Below, piece after piece: positions 32,500-46,762 of a DNA stretch of 64,000 nucleotides (the first letter of the stretch is position 1; every line of letters starts with the position of its first letter). The stretch lies in the NCBI RefSeq assembly GCF_058153355.1, contig NZ_CM177019.1; one strand, 5' to 3'. The notes below the pieces were generated by a model. That model was given only the letters and a program-made list of their open reading frames with translations. It was not told the origin of the DNA and made no database searches. The position numbers and the translations under genes were made by a program.

Positions 32500-35400
32500 A
32501 TGTCGGTATGTCTGAAACCAGGGAAAATCATTATGCTTCTGGGCATGTTGGCAGCGTTTATGCTGTCTGACTTTGCACGAGCAGGGGTGGAATGGCAGAC
32601 ATATCCTGATTCTACAGGCGAGTTTAACGGAACCGTTCCTTTTGCCGACAGCGCCAGCGTACCCGTCTATCAGGGCAGTGTTCAGCTTAATCCTGGCGAA
32701 TCTCATGATGTCGGGTTTTCTGCTAAACCGAATGAATTTAGCGTTGACGATGACGCCGCTAACCTGATTGTTGCTAATCCTCAGGACAATGAAGGCGACC
32801 AGTTTTCCACACCACCTGCGCTGCGCTGGGAAAATCAAACACCCCCTACCGTCAGCCTGGTGTGGGCCGATGCCGCCACGCCCGATGTACCCCTTAACCC
32901 ACAACCCATTGCTAACCGTAGCTTTTGTGCTCAGGGGCTCGCCGGACGCTCGCTGGTGGCCTGGCCGCAGATTGATGCGCAGCAAACCCTCCCACTGCTC
33001 TACCTGTTGACCTCGACCGGCTATCCCTATGCGGGGACGGTGGCGCTGGTGGACCAGAAAGTGACCCTGAACATCGCGCCCGCGCAGGGCGATTTAATCT
33101 CGGTGAGCGCCAGCGGTTATAACGAAACGATCGCGGCGGCAAAAACCACCGTTGGCGACACCATCACGCTCACCGTCACCACTAAAGATTGTCAGGGCAA
33201 CGTCGCGGGTAATATTCCGTTTATTATCAAACGTAAAGATGCTGAAAATCGCCAGGGGGCAGTGAATAATAGTGCGCCAGTGGTACTGGATAGCACCGAG
33301 TTAACGACGACGGCTACCGAATACCATGGCACCTCTGATGCCAACGGCACGGCCACCATCACGGTGAGCCAACCGAACGGCCCTGGCGTCAAAACGCCAC
33401 TGGTGGTCAGCATTTCCGGCATTGCGCAAACCAGCGAAACCGCGGTGATTTTTACGGTGCTCACCAGCCCGGACGCGGCGCAGGCTACGATGTGGGGCCA
33501 TATGGCGGAAACGGTAGAAGCGCACGGTTACACCTTCAGTCGACCAAAGCTGGCGGCAGAAGTCAGCAATGAAAGCGCCACGGTCGTCGATCACAACGAA
33601 ACCTGGTCCACCTTCACCTGGAGCGGCGCAGATAACCACTGCACCGTGCTGCCCGGCATGCGCCACTTCGGCGCGCTGGCGACCGTTATCCCCACATCGG
33701 TGCAGACAGTCCTTGGCTGGCCGATGCAGGGGGATTATTACTGGTCATCGCTGGCGGGCACCACCGGGCAGCACCATGCGGCGGATGTCTCTAACCGTGG
33801 TGAAACGCAAAAGCCGGATAGCACCCCGTTTCTTGTAAGCTGCGTGGATAAACCCGCGCCTGATGTCGAGCCGAAAATCGTCCTTACGCCCGAAAACTAT
33901 GATGATACGGCACAGGCGATGAAATCGCAGGTGGGCGAAGACGCCACGATGCGTCTGACGATCACCGACAATAAAAATAACGATCAACCACTGGCGTATT
34001 ACTACTTCTCGCTGCATCTGGATGACGGCGTTAACCGCAAAAATCAAACCGATTCCGCCTGGGAAGCCCATCCGGTGCAGATTACTGGTGGTTCGAATTT
34101 GCAACAGGTTGATGCTCACACCTATGAAGGCATGACCGATGTCAACGGTCAGGCTTCGCTAACCCTGAGTCAGCCCGACGGCGCAGGCGTGAAAACCCAT
34201 ATCACGGCGAAAATGCGCAGCAATTTTACGGCTACAGATGCCAAAGACGTGATTTTTACTGTGATCACCAGCCCGGACAGCGACAAGGCGCGGATGTGGG
34301 GCCATATGCGCGGCATTGTTGTATCTGGCAGTCTGTTCAAACGCCCAGTGCTGGCGGATGAAACTGAGCATGAACTGGGATCGGTGCGGGAAAATAACGA
34401 AGACTGGGCGCTGTTCGATCAAGACACCAGTATGCAGGCTGAATGCGGCGTCGGCCATACGCCAAGTCAGAGTGGGCTGGAAAGCCTTTTTTCAGCCCAT
34501 CCCGGTAACGCGATTGGCACTGAGTATGGCTGGCCCACCGCACAACAGAACTACCTAAGCGCGGTGGAGCAAGCCACGCATTCATCGGTGAATTTGGCGA
34601 ACGGAAACGTCGACAGCTACCCCGGCTTTAAGCGAAATTACCTCTCCTGTTCGGGCAATGAGATGGTCGCGAAGGTTGAAGTGAGCACCGATCACGATGT
34701 CACCCCTGGCAGCAAAGCGCAGGCCAAAGTGGGAGACACCGTCGTGATGACCGTGCGTACGGTTAACGCGCTCAATAATACCCCCGTTCCCTTTACTGCC
34801 TTCACCATCACTAAAGGCATGGGGTATAACCGAGCGGGGCTGGTGAGCGGGTTTGATGACCCGAGCAGCGGCGCAATCTCGATGAATGGCACGCAATACG
34901 GCACATCGCAGCCGTCGATGGTTTATACGGGTACGACAGATGCACAAGGCGTGGCAACGGTCGAAATAGAGCAACCACAAGGCGTCGGGCTAAGAACGGC
35001 GCTGAGCGTAACGCCGGTAAATTCCTACCTGCCGAATACCGTTAATTACAGCGTTATTTTCACCACCCCAACCAGCCCGGACGTTATTGGCGCGCAGATG
35101 TGGGGCCATATGGATGAAACGATTACTGTTGATTCATTAACCTTTACCCGGCCTAAGCTGGCAGCAGAAATCGCCAGTCCGGATGGCACACTAACGGAAA
35201 AAAACGAAGTCTGGGCGCGCGTTAGCCAGGCCAGTACGGCCATTACCAGTAAAGGCGGTTGCGGAGCCAATATGCTGCCGCGTCGCTCACAGCTCAGTGC
35301 GCTCTATGACGCTAATAACGGCAATGCGGTGCAAACCACACACGGCTGGCCGACGCAGCGTCAGCCCTACTGGAGCAGTTCCCCCGCGGATGTAACGCCG

Positions 35401-38400
35401 CACTATTACACCATTGCCCTGGATAACGGCGCACAGGCTATCGGCGGCGATACGCCGGTTTACGTCAGTTGCCTGACGACGGCGAACAAACCTGCCAGCA
35501 GCATTACGCTGGATGTGGTTGATAACGCACAGTGGGCTGCCGGAAATAACGCGGCGAAGCTGAAAAAAGGCGAAACGCTACGGGTTAAGGTAACGGTAAA
35601 AGATGCGCAGGGTAATCCGCTCACGGATATGCCATTTAAACTGAGTCGCGGAGACGGTTATACCCGCACGGGCGAAAAACATATTGCCGGTAGTGGCGAT
35701 GCGCTGGTGGCACCGGTGGTGATTAACAGTGGGCTGGCGGATGAAACGACGTTGAACGACACCGCGGGATTTTATACTGCCATGACCGGTAGCGACGGCA
35801 GCAAAATCCTCAATATTACCCGCCCGGATACTCACGGCACCAAAACGGCGCTGACGGCGACGTTGTATTCCGATGCAACAAAAAAAGACAGCCTGGATAC
35901 GATCTTTACTGTGGTCACCAGCCCGGATAGTAGCAAAGCGAAAATGTGGGGGCATATGCCGGAAACGGTGACGGCTGCGGACGGTACGGTATTTAAACGC
36001 CCGCTGTTGTTGAAGGAACTGGCCTATCAGACTGGGCGAACATCGACGTCTGAAGACAATGAAAACTGGGCGTTGTTTAACATTAATTATGCGAGTTCTT
36101 CCACGACGTATAGTGGCTGTGGAACCAACTATATTCCGACTCAAGCCGGTCTGACGTCACTGTTTGCTAATAATGCGGGCAACACCATGAAAACCGTGCA
36201 GGGCTGGCCGGTGGCAACACGCTATTTGTCCAACACGTCCGACAACGGCAGCATGGAGCAGCGTAACTACAAGGCGGTAGATCTCAGCAATGGCACGAGT
36301 GCGGCAGTGTCATCAACGGCGCTGCAACTGCTGACCTGCCAGACCACGCCGGTAACCACGGTGGGCCAAATTCTGCTGGAAGCGGCAGATCCGGCGACGC
36401 TGGATACCACCTATAACGTGGTAAAAGCGAAAAAAGGCGAAGAATCCGTGGTGCGCGTCACCACCAAAGATACGCAAGGCAACCTGGTGGGCAATACGGC
36501 ATTTATCCTGACGCGTGCCAACAGCGTGAGTCGGGCTAACGCATCAGCAACCGCGAGCGTGGGCGCGCTGACGGTGACGGATGCTTGGGGAAATACGCGA
36601 AATAATTTCCAGTCGACGAGTGAAACGATTTACGGCGTGACTGGTGCAGACGGGTCAACGACATTTACCCTGAAACAGGATAACAGTACCGGGTTAAGAA
36701 CCGATCTCACGGCAAAACTGGATACGTCCAGCAGCGTCAAGGCGACGCTACCGGTGGTCTTTACTGTCGTGACCAGCCCGGATTCGCCAAAAGCGAATTT
36801 TTGGGGACATATGGCCGAAACGGTGATGGCCTCCGACGGTACAATCTATAAACGACCACTGTTGTTGAAAGAGCTGAGTAACACCAGTGGTCGAAATTCT
36901 ACGGCTGAAAACGGTGAAGATTGGGCAAGATTCACCTGGACTCAGTCGGCTGACACCAGCATGAATGGGTGTGGTACAGATTATATGCCGACGCTGGATG
37001 GACTGAAGTCTTTGTATGACGCCAATAGCGGTAATGTGATGAGTACGGTGCAGGGATGGCCGGTAAAAACGACCTATCTCACCAATACCCCGAGTGATAC
37101 GCAAACAGGGAGCCGTTACTACAATGTGGTGCAACTGAATACTGGTGCAGTCTCACAAATCTCGACGAACACAGTCGTGCTACAAACCTGCCGCACAACG
37201 CCGTTGACGGCTGCTAGCCAGATTACGCTGGAGGCCTCAGACCCCGCGCAATTTGTCAGCATTGACAGTACGCTTAGCGCGATCAAAGTGCAGAAAGGCG
37301 ATAGCGTGTCGATCCGCATTTCGACTAAAGATGCACAGGGGAATTTAGTCGGCAATACGCCGTTTGCCCTGAAACACGCTAACCCGGTCAATCGCCAAAA
37401 TGTGGCGTCAACATCGCAGAAAGTGTCGGTCACGACTGCGTCGGGTACGACGGTGGATACCACTGCATCGACCATTCTGTATGGCGTGACCGGGCCAGAC
37501 GGAACCACCACGATGACACTCCGACAGGATGCGTCTACTGGACTCAAAACCGACTTTTATGCTCTGTTGAACGATACCGGCGTGTCGTCGAACACCTTGC
37601 CAGTGATCTTCACCGTCGTCACCAGCCCGGATACACCGCTGGCGGCCAACTGGGGGCATATGGCAGAAACCTTTACCAGCAGCAAGGGAGTCACCTTCAA
37701 ACGGCCTTTCCTCAAAGCTGAACTTTCTGGTGGTACGGCGGTAACGACCAATAATGAAGTCTGGTCGCGCCTGACAGCAACGGAGAAAACGGATGCCAGC
37801 AAGGCTGGGTGTGATGAGAGTTATCAACCGCTGATGACTGACATGCAGGGGTTGTATGCGGATTACCCTAACAACCAGTTGGGCACGGTGCTCGGCTTGC
37901 CGACTTCCGCCGGGTATATGTGGGCCTACGACATGATGACGGTTTCTGGCAGCAGCTGGAGCAACCAGGCATATTCGCTCGTTAATGGTCAGACAGTTCA
38001 GGCATCGTCCAGTTATACGGCGGTAGTGATGTGCCTGGTGGAACCGCATACCGTTCCGGCGATGATAGAGATCACTTCAACAGCACAGGATGCGGCAAAA
38101 ACGGTCAGCAATGGTGGTCGACCGAGCGCCGTAGCGAAGAAAGGTGAGACGATTCCGCTGACGGTGACCGTACGTGATAGCACCGGGAATCCGGTACCCT
38201 ACGCCGACTTTACCCTCACGCGTGGAACGACGCTGGATCGCTCGAAAGCAACCGTTAACTCGAGTGCGGACGATCTTACCGTGAAGTCATTGATACCCGC
38301 GAACAGTGACGCTGGGCTGACGGCAAATGGGGCAAAAGTGCTCAGAACAACGGGCAGTGATGGCACAGCCACCTTTGAAGTGAGCCAGAATGCCACGACA

Positions 38401-40590
38401 GGACTGGCGACCCCCATAACCGTCACGCTGGCGCGTGATGTAACCAAAACCGCCACGCTGGATGTTATCTACACGGTGATAACCAGCCCGGACTCACCGA
38501 GCGCGAAATTCTGGGGGCACATGCCGGACACCTTTACCAGTTCGGCAGGCGTCACCTTCAGACGACCGCTGCTGAAAGCCGAAGCGACTTCAGGGTCATC
38601 GATTAGCACTAACGGCAATGGTGAAGTGTGGTCGTATATGAGCAACGTTCAAAATTTAACATCGACAGATTGTCCGCTGGAGAATCAACCGCGCAGTAAT
38701 GAATTGTTGGATTTGTATAATGATCATCCCAACGGCGCGATAATGACTGACCTGGGGCTGCCGATATATGCAGGCAAGTGGTGGGCTTATGATATGGTCA
38801 TGCCGGATTTATATACGTGGCAGTATCAGACGGTCAGCCTGAGCGCAGGAGATATCGCGAAGAGCTCGGCAAGCAACGCGCTGATGCTTTGCCTGACGAA
38901 GCCGCATCCGGCAGGCGTCAGCGTAATGTTGACGTCATCCGCAATGGATAACGCCAGAACCCTCAGTAATGGCGGGCGACCCAGCGCGTCAGTGAAAAAA
39001 GGTAACCCACTGCCAATTGTGGTGACGGTCAAAGATCGTGATGGCAACCCGCTGGCGGGAGAGGCCGTGACGCTCAGGCGTGGTTCAGCGATGAGTCGTT
39101 CAGGAGCAGGAGTGGGCACGCCGGCAAATGCAATGACGTTGACAGAATTGACACCTGTGTCGGCGGAGTTTTCTCTGGCCGCACACGATACGCAATGGCA
39201 AGGTTTCACCGGCAGTGATGGTACGGCCACTTTCAATGTTGAACAGCCTGAGACCATCGGCCTGGCCATTTCGTTCACCGCTATACTGGCGCGAGATGTA
39301 GCAACTACCAGCGTCCTTGATGCGATCTTTACCGTCGTTACCAGCCCGGATTCCGCAATGGCGACCTACTGGGGCCATATGCCGGATACGGTAACGGCGG
39401 AAAACGGCGTGGTCTTTGAACGGCCTAAATTGTTGAAAGAGCTGCCGTCGAGCGCCGGAGTCAGTCAGGTGACGGATAACAATGAAGTGTGGCCGTTGTT
39501 TAAGGCAACGCAAAGGGAAGATAGCAGCCTCAGTCCTTGTGAAGCGGCACGTCGGCCATTGAGCGATGATTTATTATCGCTCTACGCGCGCTATCCGGGG
39601 AACACGCTGACGACTCAAATCGGCTGGTCTACGAAGTATGCATGGTGGGCACTGGATAACAAGCAGGGGAATGCCCTGGTTGTCAGTCTGAATAATGGTT
39701 TTGAGTCGTCGACGGCGAGTACGGGGTATCAGGGATGTCTGGTCAATCCCCGCGCGACCGTCTCCAGCGTCACGCTGACATCGACGGCGCTGGATGCCAC
39801 TACGCAGGCAGCGAAGGTAAAAAAAGGTGAAGCCGTGCCCCTCGTTGTTACCGTAAAAGACAACGCCGGGAAGCCGGTACCGAATGTCGCTTTCACCTTA
39901 AAACGTGGTGATGCCATGCCACGTAACAGCGGGGCGACGTTGTACGGTGATGTTGCGGCGATGGATGATATGACGGTACAACCTGCCAGCGGGACGGTGG
40001 TAACGCTGGCTGACAGTGGGAATACGGTCGACGGAGTGACTGGGGCGGACGGTACGGCAAGTTTTACCGTTCGTCAGGATAATACGCCAGGATATAAAAC
40101 GCCGTTGACGGTGACGCTGACGGATAACGCCACAATAACGGCGATGCTGGATACGATTTTCACCGTCGTTACCAGTCCAAATGTACCCACAGCCCATTTT
40201 TGGGGACATATGTCGGATACCACTGTGGTAAACGGTAAAACGCTACATCGTCCACAGTTGGAATCAGAACTGCCATCGGCAGCCATCATGGTGGCAACAC
40301 CGAACGTCAATAATGAGACGTGGGCACTGGCGCATACTGTTGACTCGCAAAAATGGGATATTTCGCAGCAGTGCGGCCTCCTTGATTTTGCACCGAATTA
40401 TGCGGATTTAGAGGCTCTGCACACTAACTTCAGTACTCTCGGATGGCCGTCAATGCCTAATACCCCCTATCTATCTAAAGACAGAGAGCGGTCAGGTAAG
40501 TATTACTGCGGTATGATTGAAGAGACAGGTTCTCAATCTTGCAGTATTGAGCCTACCAGCACGCCGGGATTTGCTACTTGTGTCAGGTAA
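32500..40590 (+). CDS. ratA: giant repetitive surface protein, RatA-like (2696 aa)
   Basis: Single uninterrupted ORF with N-terminal signal-like hydrophobic segment ([17 protein letters not shown]) and nine tandem modules each carrying the motif [IV]FTV[VI]TSPD-x6-WGHM…RP.L…E.W…GCG…GWP…C. Confidence 0.75.
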   Translation: MSVCLKPGKIIMLLGMLAAFMLSDFARAGVEWQTYPDSTGEFNGTVPFADSASVPVYQGSVQLNPGESHDVGFSAKPNEFSVDDDAANLIVANPQDNEGDQFSTPPALRWENQTPPTVSLVWADAATPDVPLNPQPIANRSFCAQGLAGRSLVAWPQIDAQQTLPLLYLLTSTGYPYAGTVALVDQKVTLNIAPAQGDLISVSASGYNETIAAAKTTVGDTITLTVTTKDCQGNVAGNIPFIIKRKDAENRQGAVNNSAPVVLDSTELTTTATEYHGTSDANGTATITVSQPNGPGVKTPLVVSISGIAQTSETAVIFTVLTSPDAAQATMWGHMAETVEAHGYTFSRPKLAAEVSNESATVVDHNETWSTFTWSGADNHCTVLPGMRHFGALATVIPTSVQTVLGWPMQGDYYWSSLAGTTGQHHAADVSNRGETQKPDSTPFLVSCVDKPAPDVEPKIVLTPENYDDTAQAMKSQVGEDATMRLTITDNKNNDQPLAYYYFSLHLDDGVNRKNQTDSAWEAHPVQITGGSNLQQVDAHTYEGMTDVNGQASLTLSQPDGAGVKTHITAKMRSNFTATDAKDVIFTVITSPDSDKARMWGHMRGIVVSGSLFKRPVLADETEHELGSVRENNEDWALFDQDTSMQAECGVGHTPSQSGLESLFSAHPGNAIGTEYGWPTAQQNYLSAVEQATHSSVNLANGNVDSYPGFKRNYLSCSGNEMVAKVEVSTDHDVTPGSKAQAKVGDTVVMTVRTVNALNNTPVPFTAFTITKGMGYNRAGLVSGFDDPSSGAISMNGTQYGTSQPSMVYTGTTDAQGVATVEIEQPQGVGLRTALSVTPVNSYLPNTVNYSVIFTTPTSPDVIGAQMWGHMDETITVDSLTFTRPKLAAEIASPDGTLTEKNEVWARVSQASTAITSKGGCGANMLPRRSQLSALYDANNGNAVQTTHGWPTQRQPYWSSSPADVTPHYYTIALDNGAQAIGGDTPVYVSCLTTANKPASSITLDVVDNAQWAAGNNAAKLKKGETLRVKVTVKDAQGNPLTDMPFKLSRGDGYTRTGEKHIAGSGDALVAPVVINSGLADETTLNDTAGFYTAMTGSDGSKILNITRPDTHGTKTALTATLYSDATKKDSLDTIFTVVTSPDSSKAKMWGHMPETVTAADGTVFKRPLLLKELAYQTGRTSTSEDNENWALFNINYASSSTTYSGCGTNYIPTQAGLTSLFANNAGNTMKTVQGWPVATRYLSNTSDNGSMEQRNYKAVDLSNGTSAAVSSTALQLLTCQTTPVTTVGQILLEAADPATLDTTYNVVKAKKGEESVVRVTTKDTQGNLVGNTAFILTRANSVSRANASATASVGALTVTDAWGNTRNNFQSTSETIYGVTGADGSTTFTLKQDNSTGLRTDLTAKLDTSSSVKATLPVVFTVVTSPDSPKANFWGHMAETVMASDGTIYKRPLLLKELSNTSGRNSTAENGEDWARFTWTQSADTSMNGCGTDYMPTLDGLKSLYDANSGNVMSTVQGWPVKTTYLTNTPSDTQTGSRYYNVVQLNTGAVSQISTNTVVLQTCRTTPLTAASQITLEASDPAQFVSIDSTLSAIKVQKGDSVSIRISTKDAQGNLVGNTPFALKHANPVNRQNVASTSQKVSVTTASGTTVDTTASTILYGVTGPDGTTTMTLRQDASTGLKTDFYALLNDTGVSSNTLPVIFTVVTSPDTPLAANWGHMAETFTSSKGVTFKRPFLKAELSGGTAVTTNNEVWSRLTATEKTDASKAGCDESYQPLMTDMQGLYADYPNNQLGTVLGLPTSAGYMWAYDMMTVSGSSWSNQAYSLVNGQTVQASSSYTAVVMCLVEPHTVPAMIEITSTAQDAAKTVSNGGRPSAVAKKGETIPLTVTVRDSTGNPVPYADFTLTRGTTLDRSKATVNSSADDLTVKSLIPANSDAGLTANGAKVLRTTGSDGTATFEVSQNATTGLATPITVTLARDVTKTATLDVIYTVITSPDSPSAKFWGHMPDTFTSSAGVTFRRPLLKAEATSGSSISTNGNGEVWSYMSNVQNLTSTDCPLENQPRSNELLDLYNDHPNGAIMTDLGLPIYAGKWWAYDMVMPDLYTWQYQTVSLSAGDIAKSSASNALMLCLTKPHPAGVSVMLTSSAMDNARTLSNGGRPSASVKKGNPLPIVVTVKDRDGNPLAGEAVTLRRGSAMSRSGAGVGTPANAMTLTELTPVSAEFSLAAHDTQWQGFTGSDGTATFNVEQPETIGLAISFTAILARDVATTSVLDAIFTVVTSPDSAMATYWGHMPDTVTAENGVVFERPKLLKELPSSAGVSQVTDNNEVWPLFKATQREDSSLSPCEAARRPLSDDLLSLYARYPGNTLTTQIGWSTKYAWWALDNKQGNALVVSLNNGFESSTASTGYQGCLVNPRATVSSVTLTSTALDATTQAAKVKKGEAVPLVVTVKDNAGKPVPNVAFTLKRGDAMPRNSGATLYGDVAAMDDMTVQPASGTVVTLADSGNTVDGVTGADGTASFTVRQDNTPGYKTPLTVTLTDNATITAMLDTIFTVVTSPNVPTAHFWGHMSDTTVVNGKTLHRPQLESELPSAAIMVATPNVNNETWALAHTVDSQKWDISQQCGLLDFAPNYADLEALHTNFSTLGWPSMPNTPYLSKDRERSGKYYCGMIEETGSQSCSIEPTSTPGFATCVR
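33000..40300 (+). repeat. nine tandem ~840-bp coding modules inside ratA
   Basis: TSPD-WGHM motif DNA (accagcccgga...tggggncatatg) recurs at about 33465, 34267, 35065, 35915, 36773, 37623, 38483, 39343 and 40173, period ~800–860 nt; the copies are diverged, not identical. Confidence 0.7.
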
Positions 40591-40599
40591 AAAAAACAG

Positions 40600-40630
40600 A
40601 GCCAGCACGACGATGCTGGCGCGTTTTATC
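40600..40630. terminator. hairpin between convergent ratA and xseA
   Basis: gccagcacgacgatgctggcg followed by ttttat, in the 44-bp gap between the two stop codons. Confidence 0.5.
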
Positions 40631-40634
40631 TGAT

Positions 40635-42041
<1,407 letters not shown>

Positions 42042-42090
42042 TTATTCAGTCGATAGTAACCCGCCCTCCGGGGATAGCAAGCATTTTTTG

Positions 42091-42135
42091 CAAAAAGGGG
42101 TAGATGCAATCGGTTACGCTCTGTATAATGCCGCG
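42091..42135 (+). promoter_or_regulatory. guaB promoter (-10 TATAAT at 42124..42129)
   Basis: Perfect TATAAT hexamer ~45 nt upstream of the guaB ATG, with an A/T-rich upstream tract; -35 not confidently assigned. Confidence 0.45.
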
Positions 42136-42172
42136 GCAATATTTATTAACCACTCTGGTCGAGATATTGCCC

Positions 42173-43639
42173 ATGCTACGTATCGCTAAAGAAGCTCTGA
42201 CGTTTGACGACGTTCTCCTCGTTCCTGCACATTCTACCGTTCTGCCGAATACCGCTGACCTCAGCACCCAGCTGACGAAAACTATTCGTCTGAATATCCC
42301 TATGCTCTCCGCAGCAATGGATACCGTAACGGAAGCGCGCCTGGCTATCGCCCTGGCTCAGGAAGGCGGTATCGGCTTTATCCACAAAAACATGTCCATT
42401 GAACGCCAGGCTGAAGAAGTTCGCCGCGTGAAAAAACACGAATCTGGCGTGGTAACCGATCCGCAGACTGTTCTGCCAACCACGACGCTGCGCGAAGTGA
42501 AAGAGCTGACCGAGCGTAACGGTTTTGCAGGCTATCCGGTTGTGACCGAAGAAAACGAACTGGTCGGCATTATCACCGGTCGTGACGTGCGTTTTGTTAC
42601 CGATCTGAACCAGCCGGTTAGCGTTTACATGACGCCGAAAGAGCGTCTGGTAACCGTGCGTGAAGGCGAAGCCCGTGAAGTGGTGCTGGCAAAAATGCAC
42701 GAAAAACGCGTTGAAAAAGCGCTGGTGGTTGATGATGAATTCCACCTGATCGGCATGATCACTGTGAAGGACTTCCAGAAAGCGGAACGTAAACCGAACG
42801 CCTGTAAAGACGAACAAGGCCGTCTGCGTGTAGGTGCAGCGGTTGGCGCAGGTGCGGGTAACGAAGAGCGTGTTGATGCGCTGGTTGCCGCAGGCGTTGA
42901 CGTTCTGCTGATCGACTCCTCTCACGGTCACTCTGAAGGCGTTCTGCAGCGTATCCGTGAAACTCGCGCTAAATATCCTGACCTGCAAATCATCGGCGGC
43001 AACGTGGCAACAGCTGCAGGTGCCCGCGCGCTGGCAGAAGCCGGTTGCAGTGCCGTTAAAGTGGGTATCGGCCCAGGTTCTATTTGTACTACCCGCATTG
43101 TTACTGGCGTCGGTGTACCGCAGATCACTGCCGTTGCTGACGCAGTAGAAGCCCTGGAAGGCACCGGGATTCCGGTTATCGCTGACGGTGGTATTCGTTT
43201 CTCTGGCGATATCGCCAAAGCTATCGCTGCTGGTGCAAGCGCGGTGATGGTAGGTTCCATGCTGGCGGGTACTGAAGAATCCCCAGGTGAAATCGAGCTC
43301 TACCAGGGCCGTTCTTACAAGTCTTACCGTGGGATGGGCTCTCTGGGCGCGATGTCCAAAGGTTCTTCTGACCGTTACTTCCAGAGCGACAACGCTGCCG
43401 ACAAACTGGTGCCGGAAGGTATCGAAGGCCGTGTAGCCTACAAAGGTCGTCTGAAAGAGATCATTCACCAGCAGATGGGCGGCCTGCGCTCCTGTATGGG
43501 CCTGACCGGCTGTGGTACTATCGACGAACTGCGTACTAAAGCGGAGTTTGTACGTATCAGCGGTGCGGGCATTCAGGAAAGCCACGTTCACGACGTGACC
43601 ATTACTAAAGAGTCCCCGAACTACCGTCTGGGCTCCTGA
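42173..43639 (+). CDS. guaB: IMP dehydrogenase
   Basis: ATG at 42173 gives 488 aa [21 protein letters not shown]...; CBS pair and catalytic loop [11 protein letters not shown]. Confidence 0.95.
42378..42386 (+). promoter_or_regulatory. consensus DnaA box (TTATCCACA) inside the 5' part of guaB
   Basis: Exact 9-mer TTATCCACA ~200 bp downstream of the guaB start. Confidence 0.35.
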
Positions 43640-43707
43640 TTCTCTTCGCCCGACTTCATGTCGGGCGATTTATATTATCTGTTTCACTTGCCTCGGAATA
43701 AGCGTCA

Positions 43708-45285
43708 ATGACGGAAAACATTCATAAGCATCGCATCCTCATTCTGGACTTCGGTTCTCAGTACACCCAACTGGTTGCGCGCCGCGTGCGTGAACTGGGT
43801 GTTTACTGCGAACTGTGGGCGTGGGATGTGACAGAAGCACAAATTCGTGACTTCAATCCAAGCGGCATTATTCTTTCCGGCGGCCCGGAAAGCACCACCG
43901 AAGAAAACAGCCCGCGTGCGCCGCAGTATGTCTTTGAAGCAGGCGTACCGGTATTCGGCGTTTGCTATGGTATGCAGACCATGGCAATGCAGTTGGGTGG
44001 TCATGTTGAAGCCTCTAACGAACGTGAATTTGGCTATGCGCAGGTTGAAGTCGTAAACGACAGCGCCCTGGTTCGCGGTATCGAAGATGCTCTGACAGCA
44101 GACGGTAAACCTCTGCTCGATGTCTGGATGAGCCACGGCGATAAAGTTACCGCTATCCCGTCCGACTTCATCACCGTAGCCAGCACCGAAAGCTGCCCGT
44201 TCGCCATCATGGCAAATGAAGAAAAACGCTTCTATGGCGTACAGTTCCACCCGGAAGTGACTCACACCCGCCAGGGGATGCGCATGCTGGAGCGTTTTGT
44301 GCGTGATATCTGCCAGTGTGAAGCCCTGTGGACGCCAGCGAAAATTATCGACGATGCAGTAGCCCGTATCCGCGAGCAGGTAGGCGACGATAAAGTGATC
44401 CTCGGCCTCTCTGGTGGCGTGGATTCCTCCGTGACTGCAATGCTGCTGCACCGCGCAATCGGCAAAAACCTGACTTGCGTATTCGTCGACAACGGCCTGC
44501 TGCGTCTCAACGAAGCAGAGCAGGTTCTGGATATGTTTGGCGATCACTTTGGTCTGAACATTGTTCACGTTCCGGCAGAAGATCGCTTCTTGTCAGCGCT
44601 GGCTGGTGAAAACGATCCGGAAGCAAAACGTAAAATCATTGGTCGCGTTTTCGTTGAAGTATTCGATGAAGAAGCGCTGAAACTGGAAGATGTGAAGTGG
44701 CTGGCGCAGGGTACTATCTACCCTGATGTTATCGAATCTGCCGCGTCTGCAACCGGTAAAGCGCACGTCATCAAATCTCACCACAACGTGGGCGGCCTAC
44801 CGAAAGAGATGAAGATGGGCCTGGTTGAACCGCTGAAAGAGCTGTTCAAAGACGAAGTGCGTAAAATTGGTCTGGAGCTGGGCCTGCCGTACGACATGCT
44901 GTACCGTCACCCGTTCCCGGGACCAGGGCTTGGCGTTCGTGTGCTGGGCGAAGTGAAGAAAGAGTACTGCGACCTGCTGCGCCGTGCTGATGCCATCTTC
45001 ATTGAAGAACTGCGTAAAGCGGACCTGTACGACAAAGTTAGCCAGGCGTTTACCGTGTTCCTGCCGGTACGTTCTGTTGGCGTAATGGGCGATGGTCGTA
45101 AATACGACTGGGTTGTGTCTCTGCGTGCCGTCGAAACCATCGACTTTATGACCGCACACTGGGCGCATCTGCCGTACGATTTCCTTGGTCGCGTTTCCAA
45201 CCGCATTATCAATGAAGTGAACGGTATTTCCCGCGTGGTGTATGACATCAGCGGCAAGCCACCGGCGACTATTGAGTGGGAATGA
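43708..45285 (+). CDS. guaA: GMP synthase (glutamine-hydrolysing)
   Basis: 525-aa ORF with GATase-1 domain (GVCYGMQ) and ATP-PPase SGGVDSS motif. Confidence 0.95.
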
Positions 45286-45310
45286 TTTGATCCCTGCACT
45301 ATGAATTAGC

Positions 45311-45341
45311 AAAACCCTCTGTTACTACAGAGGGTTTTTTA
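45311..45341 (+). terminator. rho-independent terminator after guaA
   Basis: aaaccctctgttactacagagggtttttt. Confidence 0.65.
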
Positions 45342-45378
45342 TACTCACGAATCATAGGATTGAAGTTACTGACATCGC

Positions 45379-45918
45379 TTAGTTAAACCAGCTGTCCGAT
45401 TTGTTCTCTTCTGCTTTGCCCACGCTTTTCATCAGATCGCGACCGCCTTCAGTCATATTCCTGTTTGCGTCAGCTTCAGATTGCACCACATCGGTTTGCG
45501 CAGCTTTGTGCTTCAGTTCCTGATCGATAAATTCGTTTTCTCGCTTAACGCGGGCTTCTTCTTTCGCCAGCGCCAGTTTTTGTTTCTGAATCTCTAAGCT
45601 GCGTAGCTCATCTTCATAACTTTGATCGCGTTTCTTGTCCGCAGTGGCTTCGGCGTCCAGTTTATCCTGACGAGCTTTCTTATTCGCCGCTGCCGTTGCC
45701 GCTCTTTTATTAGCCGCGGCCTGGGCGTTTGCGCGACGTTGCTTCTCTTGCTGGATTTCCCTGTTGCGCTCCGCGACCCATTCGTCATGCTGCCTTTGCT
45801 CTTCATTTTTACCTTGCTGTTCCGCTTCTGCGACAGCAGAGAGTTGATCCTGCAATGATGAGGCGATAGCCGGATAGCTTAAGGAGGCTAAGATGGCGCA
45901 AAGAAAAACTTTCTTCAT
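45379..45918 (-). CDS. yfgI: periplasmic coiled-coil protein YfgI
   Basis: 179-aa ORF with signal peptide and highly charged K/E/Q/A-rich sequence; K-12 synteny. Confidence 0.8.
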   Translation of the reverse strand: MKKVFLCAILASLSYPAIASSLQDQLSAVAEAEQQGKNEEQRQHDEWVAERNREIQQEKQRRANAQAAANKRAATAAANKKARQDKLDAEATADKKRDQSYEDELRSLEIQKQKLALAKEEARVKRENEFIDQELKHKAAQTDVVQSEADANRNMTEGGRDLMKSVGKAEENKSDSWFN

Positions 45919-45933
45919 GACTCCTCCTGATTA

Positions 45934-46452
45934 TTAGCTCTTTTCAGGACATTTGGTATTTGGCTGAATACGCGTTTCGTTATACGTCGTGGTAATAACA
46001 ACGGCTAAACCTGTCGTAAACTGGCACTCTTTACCCACCTGGGTGGAGGTATACACTTTGGTGCCTTCCTTATACGTTAGAGAAACACCTTCCACTAAGG
46101 TTTTATCATTCACCATAGAACCTGCTGCCGCGCCAACAGCTCCGCCGCCAACTGCACCTGCCGTCGTTCCGGAATTGCTGCCAGACCCCACGTTGTGGCC
46201 GATAACACCGCCAGCGACTGCACCAATAAGCGCGCCGAAGGCTTGTGCGTTTCGTTTATTTTGGGAGTTGTCTACGGCAACTTTTGCGGGAAGAATGGAA
46301 ATAATATTAACGGTTTTAGTTTCTTGTTTGGTATTCAGTTGATCGGTTTGATAAACATCGGCGGCATGATCATCAGCATTTGACTGGCATCCTGCCAGAG
46401 TGAATGACGCTAACATTGCCACAGGTAGAAGACATTTTTTAAATTTCATCAC
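45934..46452 (-). CDS. yfgH: glycine-zipper outer-membrane lipoprotein YfgH
   Basis: 172-aa ORF with lipobox (LAGC) and Gly-rich GxxxG tract. Confidence 0.8.
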   Translation of the reverse strand: MMKFKKCLLPVAMLASFTLAGCQSNADDHAADVYQTDQLNTKQETKTVNIISILPAKVAVDNSQNKRNAQAFGALIGAVAGGVIGHNVGSGSNSGTTAGAVGGGAVGAAAGSMVNDKTLVEGVSLTYKEGTKVYTSTQVGKECQFTTGLAVVITTTYNETRIQPNTKCPEKS

Positions 46453-46762
46453 TATTCCTTGTTATACACATTACGAAAAATAAGACATTTAAGATCATCA
46501 AAAGAGGAAAGTAAATGTATTGCGTATAAAGGAATAGATTAAATTTATTAAAATTCATGTGGAAAATAATTTATAAAAATACATCATTAAAACATATGTA
46601 TTAATTTTATATTTATTTCGCAGCCAAACAGGATAAACATCAGTCAGGACAAAGACGTAAAATTTAAGATGAAAGAATATCTGCCGCTTTGATAATCCCA
46701 AAGAGCAAAAGCATCCGACAGCGAGGTGCCGTTATGTTCTGTGAAAGTGGAGAAGGTAACCG

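Noticed and set aside
32900-40310. Many 60–210-aa ORFs on the minus strand and in alternate plus frames across ratA
   Set aside because: All are nested in the single 2696-aa frame that carries the nine conserved modules. They are artefacts of repetitive coding sequence.
42176-43591. 471-aa minus-strand ORF
   Set aside because: Antisense to guaB; low-complexity translation with no motifs.
43705-44568. 287-aa minus-strand ORF
   Set aside because: Antisense to guaA.
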